Below, piece by piece: positions 60,171 through 64,000 of a stretch of 64,000 nucleotides of DNA. Numbering within the stretch: position 1 is the first letter of the stretch; each line of letters opens with the position of its first letter. A program made the position numbers and the translations under genes. The notes below the pieces were generated by a model. It saw only the letters and a program-made list of their open reading frames with translations. It was not told the DNA's origin and ran no database searches. Location of the stretch: assembly GCA_963663405.2 (NCBI GenBank), contig CAXXSM010000022.1, positions 1 to 64,000 of the forward strand, written 5' to 3'. The DNA comes from a bacterium. GTDB taxonomy: Bacteria; Hinthialibacterota; Hinthialibacteria; Hinthialibacterales; Hinthialibacteraceae.

Positions 60171-61358
60171 ATGATGCAAAACCGTATGCGCTTGTTTCTC
60201 GCTAGCTGCGCCGCCCTTGTCACGACGGGGATGATCCTCATTATCCGGGGCGATATCAGCAGTCAGGTTGAAACCGCCTTTCAACTCACTCACGAACAAT
60301 ATGGCTTCATTTCCTCCATGGCCTTTTATGGTGTCGCCGCTTCCGTGCTGTTCGTTTCTCCTTTATTGGATTTAATGGGGATGCGCAATCTTCTCTATAT
60401 CGCCTTTGTTCTTCACGTTGGCGGAATCATTGGATTTATCACAGCGCCATCGTATACGGTTTTATACCTTTCCATGCTTTTCGCGGGTTTTGGCAATGGA
60501 TTGGTCGAGGTGGTTATTAATCCGCTCTGCACGAGTGTCTACGCGGAAGAAAAGACACGCCGGTTGAATATTCTCCACGCCTGGTGGCCTGGTGGTTTGA
60601 TCATTGGAGGAATTCTTTCGGTGCTAATGGGGAAACTTGGATGGGAATGGCAAACGCAAATGGGGATTGTGCTTATCCCAACATTCGCGTACGGCGCGCT
60701 CATCTTTGGTCAGAAATTTCCCGTCACCGAACGGGTGGAAGCAGGCGTGTCGTACAACGAAATGATCAAAGAAATTCTGCGGCCGGGTTTCCTGCTTCTA
60801 TTGGGTTGCATGATGCTGACCGCCGCGACCGAAGTAGCGCCCAGTCAGTGGGTCGAATCCGTTTTACGAAACACGGCGAACATGTCGGGAACCATGATTT
60901 TTGTGTACGGAAGCGCGATCATGTTTGTCCTGCGTTTCTTCGCCGGTCCCATTGCGAAACGGATTTCCCCGGTCGGTATCTTATGGGTGTCGGTCTTCGT
61001 CAGCGCAATTGGGCTGTATTTGTTAAGCGGTGTTTCATCGATTGGATCGGCGTATCTCATGGCGACGATCTTCTACGCAGGCGTCTGTTTTCTCTGGCCG
61101 ACCATGCTCGCCGTGACCTCCGAACGCTTTCCAAAAGGGGGCGCGCTGCTGCTGGGTTTGATGGTCTTCGCCGGGAATTTCTCGATCGGAACCATCGTAT
61201 ATAAAATGGGGAGTGTGTATGATAACTGGGGCGCCGCCGCCGCGTTCCGGTTCGTCTCGCTCTTCCCCGCCATCCTCTTTTTTGTGTTCGGAGCCTGGTG
61301 GATTAGAGATTACCTCGGCGGCGGCTACCGCGCAGTCAAACTATCCAATGAAGACTAA
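60171..61358 (+). CDS. MFS transporter
   Basis: About 12 TM; GFGNGLVE..INPL, LHAWWPGG, WPTML…ERFPKGG. Confidence 0.88.
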   Translation: MMQNRMRLFLASCAALVTTGMILIIRGDISSQVETAFQLTHEQYGFISSMAFYGVAASVLFVSPLLDLMGMRNLLYIAFVLHVGGIIGFITAPSYTVLYLSMLFAGFGNGLVEVVINPLCTSVYAEEKTRRLNILHAWWPGGLIIGGILSVLMGKLGWEWQTQMGIVLIPTFAYGALIFGQKFPVTERVEAGVSYNEMIKEILRPGFLLLLGCMMLTAATEVAPSQWVESVLRNTANMSGTMIFVYGSAIMFVLRFFAGPIAKRISPVGILWVSVFVSAIGLYLLSGVSSIGSAYLMATIFYAGVCFLWPTMLAVTSERFPKGGALLLGLMVFAGNFSIGTIVYKMGSVYDNWGAAAAFRFVSLFPAILFFVFGAWWIRDYLGGGYRAVKLSNED

Positions 61359-61465
61359 CATTCCATTCATTCTATACTCATCCATGGAGAATACTGAACA
61401 CATTACTATCACAATTCAAGCATCGTCTTCCATCTTGCCACCTGTCCATTCATCATGGCAAGGAT

Positions 61466-64000
61466 TTACATTTCTTCGAATTCATCTTTATAGGAACCAC
61501 GAGAAGAGGATGCGAATTCCTTTTTCTCTTTCGGACTCCAAGCAGGAAGAGAGTGAACCGGCTCACTGACTTTCACACGAGTAACAGTCTTTTCTTCCAT
61601 TTTGGAAGACAATTCAACTGAACGATCCCCGTCAATCCGAAACTGCGAGAGCAATTCTTGCAGCGAGATCGCTTGGGAAGAGAGTTCTTCACTGGCTGAA
61701 GCGAGTTCCTCCGAGCTCGATGAATTTTCCTGCGTCACCTGATCAAGACGCATAATCGCTTGATTGATTTGACTGGCGCCGGTCGCCTGTTCGGTACAAG
61801 CAAGCGTGATGCCTTCCACAAGCGAGGCGGTTTTTTCGATCTGTAGGACTTGTTCTTGGTTCGATTCCGTCACATTACGTATAGTCTCGGAGACTTGCAT
61901 AATACTCTCCATGATCTTGCCTAGCCCCTTGCCCGATTGGTTCGCAAGGTCGACCCCATCATCGATCTGCCGTACGCTATTAATGATCATCTCGGAGATT
62001 TCACGGGCCGCTTGTTGACTGCGCTCGGCCAGTTTCCGCACCTCCACCGCCACCACGGCGAATCCCTTACCCATATCCCCGGCGCGAGCCGCCTCTATCG
62101 CCGCATTAAGAGCCAACAAGTTGGTTTGATCGGCGATATCGTCGATTACTTTGATAATTTCAGAGATTTTTTTGGAACTATCAGAAATCTCATTCATTGA
62201 ATCCACCATTTTATTCACTGCTTCCTCACCTTCTTTGGCCTGTGTCACAGCTTGTCCGCATATCTCATTGGCTTTTTTCGTCAGGACTAAGGTTTCTTTC
62301 ACTGTAGACGCCGTTCCATCGGCGATTTTGTTCGTCTCTTTAGCGTTTTTGGAGTTCTCTTCGATCGAGGAGGTTAGTTCCTCGATCGACGCCGTTGTTT
62401 CTTCTAGAGAAGCCGCTTGTTCAGTGGCGCAGGACGCTAAGGTCTGCGCCGTCGAAGAGAGTTCTTCCGCACTCGCCGCCACCTGTTCGGTCGCGCTCTG
62501 AATACCACCCATTACATTTCGGAGTTTTAACGCCATCGAATTTACGGAATCAGCCAGATCCCCTGTTTGGTCGACGGATTGAGTCAGATCCCCATCCGAA
62601 ACATTCGCTAACGTTACACCGACTTCCCGGATATTTGTAATCATGGTGTTGAGCGCATTCGCCAACATGCCCATTTCTTCTTTGGTGTCTATATTGATTT
62701 GAACGGACAGATTGCCATCCGCCACTTGCCGGGCCGCGTCAACTCCCAACGCCAATGGTTTTGTGATTGAGCGGGTAATAAATATACCAAGCAGAATTCC
62801 GATTACGACCGCCATGACAATAAATACGACGAAATACAAATTCGCAAATTGGATCGCGCTTTCCATTTTGTTTTTTTGATCCGCCCGGAGAGCATTACAT
62901 TCTTGCTCCAATGATCTAGCCGCATCCACCATCGCATCTTCTTCCACCTTTTTCTGCGCTTCAGCGGTCACCCAAGCGTTAAAGGCTGTTTCATACTGTT
63001 CCACTGAGTTCCGGACTTTGACCAATTGAGACTTATTCGCTTGATCTTGAAATCGGACATTCAGATCGTCACAAAGAGCAAAAATATCTTTTAACTTCGT
63101 TTGGAGTCTATCAATATACTGTTGATCCCCCCGCAGTATGTAGTTCTTTTCTTCCCGCCGAAGTTCCAGCGTAAATTTGATCAGCCGGTTCGCGTCATCG
63201 GCTTTGATCATTCGATCATCGATTTTTTTGCGTCCTTCTTCAATCGCTGTGGCCAGTTTAGTCTTTTGATCAGCGCGCATCGCCACGCATTCATCATTAA
63301 ACGCTCTGGCTTGGTCAACCATTTCTTTTTCCAGGTTTTGTAGGACGACGTCCGTTTGCTCCTCTTTTTTAGCTTTACACCAATCGTCAAAGGCCTTCTT
63401 GTACGCGGCGGCGGCCTGGATCGCCCGTTGCGCCTGTTCTTTATTGACGGTATCGTTAAAGCGATCGATCATCTCCGCAGCCAACGTATTGATCTCTTTA
63501 AATGCGCTTTCCAATTCAATGATATATTTTGTATCGTTTCGCAGCATAAAATTCTTCTCATTGATCCGGCAATCCTGCGCGAGTTTAATGAGCCGGTTGG
63601 CGGCATCCGCCTTCCAGAGACGATCCACCCGCGCGGTTTCTACATCGTTCTGGTTTTGAACCAGTTTGTCCTTTTGGTCTTTGCGCATTTGCTCGCATTC
63701 CTTGATTAATTCCTGCGCATTGGTGAGTAGATCTTGTTCCAACTTTTGCTGTTGTTCGTTCAACCGCATCCAGGAAGCGAAACTCTTTTCGTATTTCTCC
63801 GTCTCCTCCTTCACCTTATCAATCTGGTCAATATTAACCTGATTCTTAAATTTCGCCCGCGTCGTTTCGATCTGGGCGTACATATCCTTGACCAGCTTCG
63901 CTTGTTCTTTTTTCGAGTTTTCATCCTTTCGAAGCATGAAATTTTTCTCTTGCCGCCGGGCCTCCAAGTTGAATTTAATCAACCGGTTTCCATCGTCGGC
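61466..64000 (-). CDS. Methyl-accepting chemotaxis protein (5'-partial) with repeated helical sensor region
   Basis: TM + HAMP (SITKPL…EMGMLA) + [20 protein letters not shown]…[16 protein letters not shown]. Confidence 0.93.
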   Translation of the reverse strand, partial: ADDGNRLIKFNLEARRQEKNFMLRKDENSKKEQAKLVKDMYAQIETTRAKFKNQVNIDQIDKVKEETEKYEKSFASWMRLNEQQQKLEQDLLTNAQELIKECEQMRKDQKDKLVQNQNDVETARVDRLWKADAANRLIKLAQDCRINEKNFMLRNDTKYIIELESAFKEINTLAAEMIDRFNDTVNKEQAQRAIQAAAAYKKAFDDWCKAKKEEQTDVVLQNLEKEMVDQARAFNDECVAMRADQKTKLATAIEEGRKKIDDRMIKADDANRLIKFTLELRREEKNYILRGDQQYIDRLQTKLKDIFALCDDLNVRFQDQANKSQLVKVRNSVEQYETAFNAWVTAEAQKKVEEDAMVDAARSLEQECNALRADQKNKMESAIQFANLYFVVFIVMAVVIGILLGIFITRSITKPLALGVDAARQVADGNLSVQINIDTKEEMGMLANALNTMITNIREVGVTLANVSDGDLTQSVDQTGDLADSVNSMALKLRNVMGGIQSATEQVAASAEELSSTAQTLASCATEQAASLEETTASIEELTSSIEENSKNAKETNKIADGTASTVKETLVLTKKANEICGQAVTQAKEGEEAVNKMVDSMNEISDSSKKISEIIKVIDDIADQTNLLALNAAIEAARAGDMGKGFAVVAVEVRKLAERSQQAAREISEMIINSVRQIDDGVDLANQSGKGLGKIMESIMQVSETIRNVTESNQEQVLQIEKTASLVEGITLACTEQATGASQINQAIMRLDQVTQENSSSSEELASASEELSSQAISLQELLSQFRIDGDRSVELSSKMEEKTVTRVKVSEPVHSLPAWSPKEKKEFASSSRGSYKDEFEEM

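Overview
Bacterial chromosomal window (about 50% GC) that looks like a long-read MAG: four otherwise intact genes carry small indels, mostly in homopolymers. The centrepiece (about 30.98-51.43 kb, all + strand) is a selenium locus bracketed by the selenocysteine machinery: selC tRNA-Sec(UCA), selA, a selD fused to a Cys-rich N-terminal module and a C-terminal AhpD/CMD-like domain, and selB. Inside it are three tandem paralogous secreted proteins that the ORF track ends at ...GKFEYG-TGA. In all three the frame continues for 47 more conserved codons (FEYG-U-GFTC, a UxxxC motif), and a hairpin with a compensatory base-pair change follows the UGA. They are very probably selenoproteins of a family I do not recognise. 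The locus also holds a Sec-less membrane-bound distant homolog, a double-cubane/2-hydroxyacyl-CoA-dehydratase-family protein and three CxxC-less redoxin/pseudopilin-like paralogs. Elsewhere: a C-terminal T-x-V-S-[DG]-W-x-x-[FY] motif on three secreted proteins (candidate sorting signal), two thioester-domain-like proteins with a shared structured leader, a candidate S-layer protein, a ~95-nt structured repeat in 3 copies, a Gly/Met/Arg tandem-repeat protein, and ordinary genes (rpmB, comEC, radical SAM enzymes, ferredoxin, glycosyltransferases, transporters, NtrC-type regulator, MCP). No database searches were run; family calls come from motif recognition.
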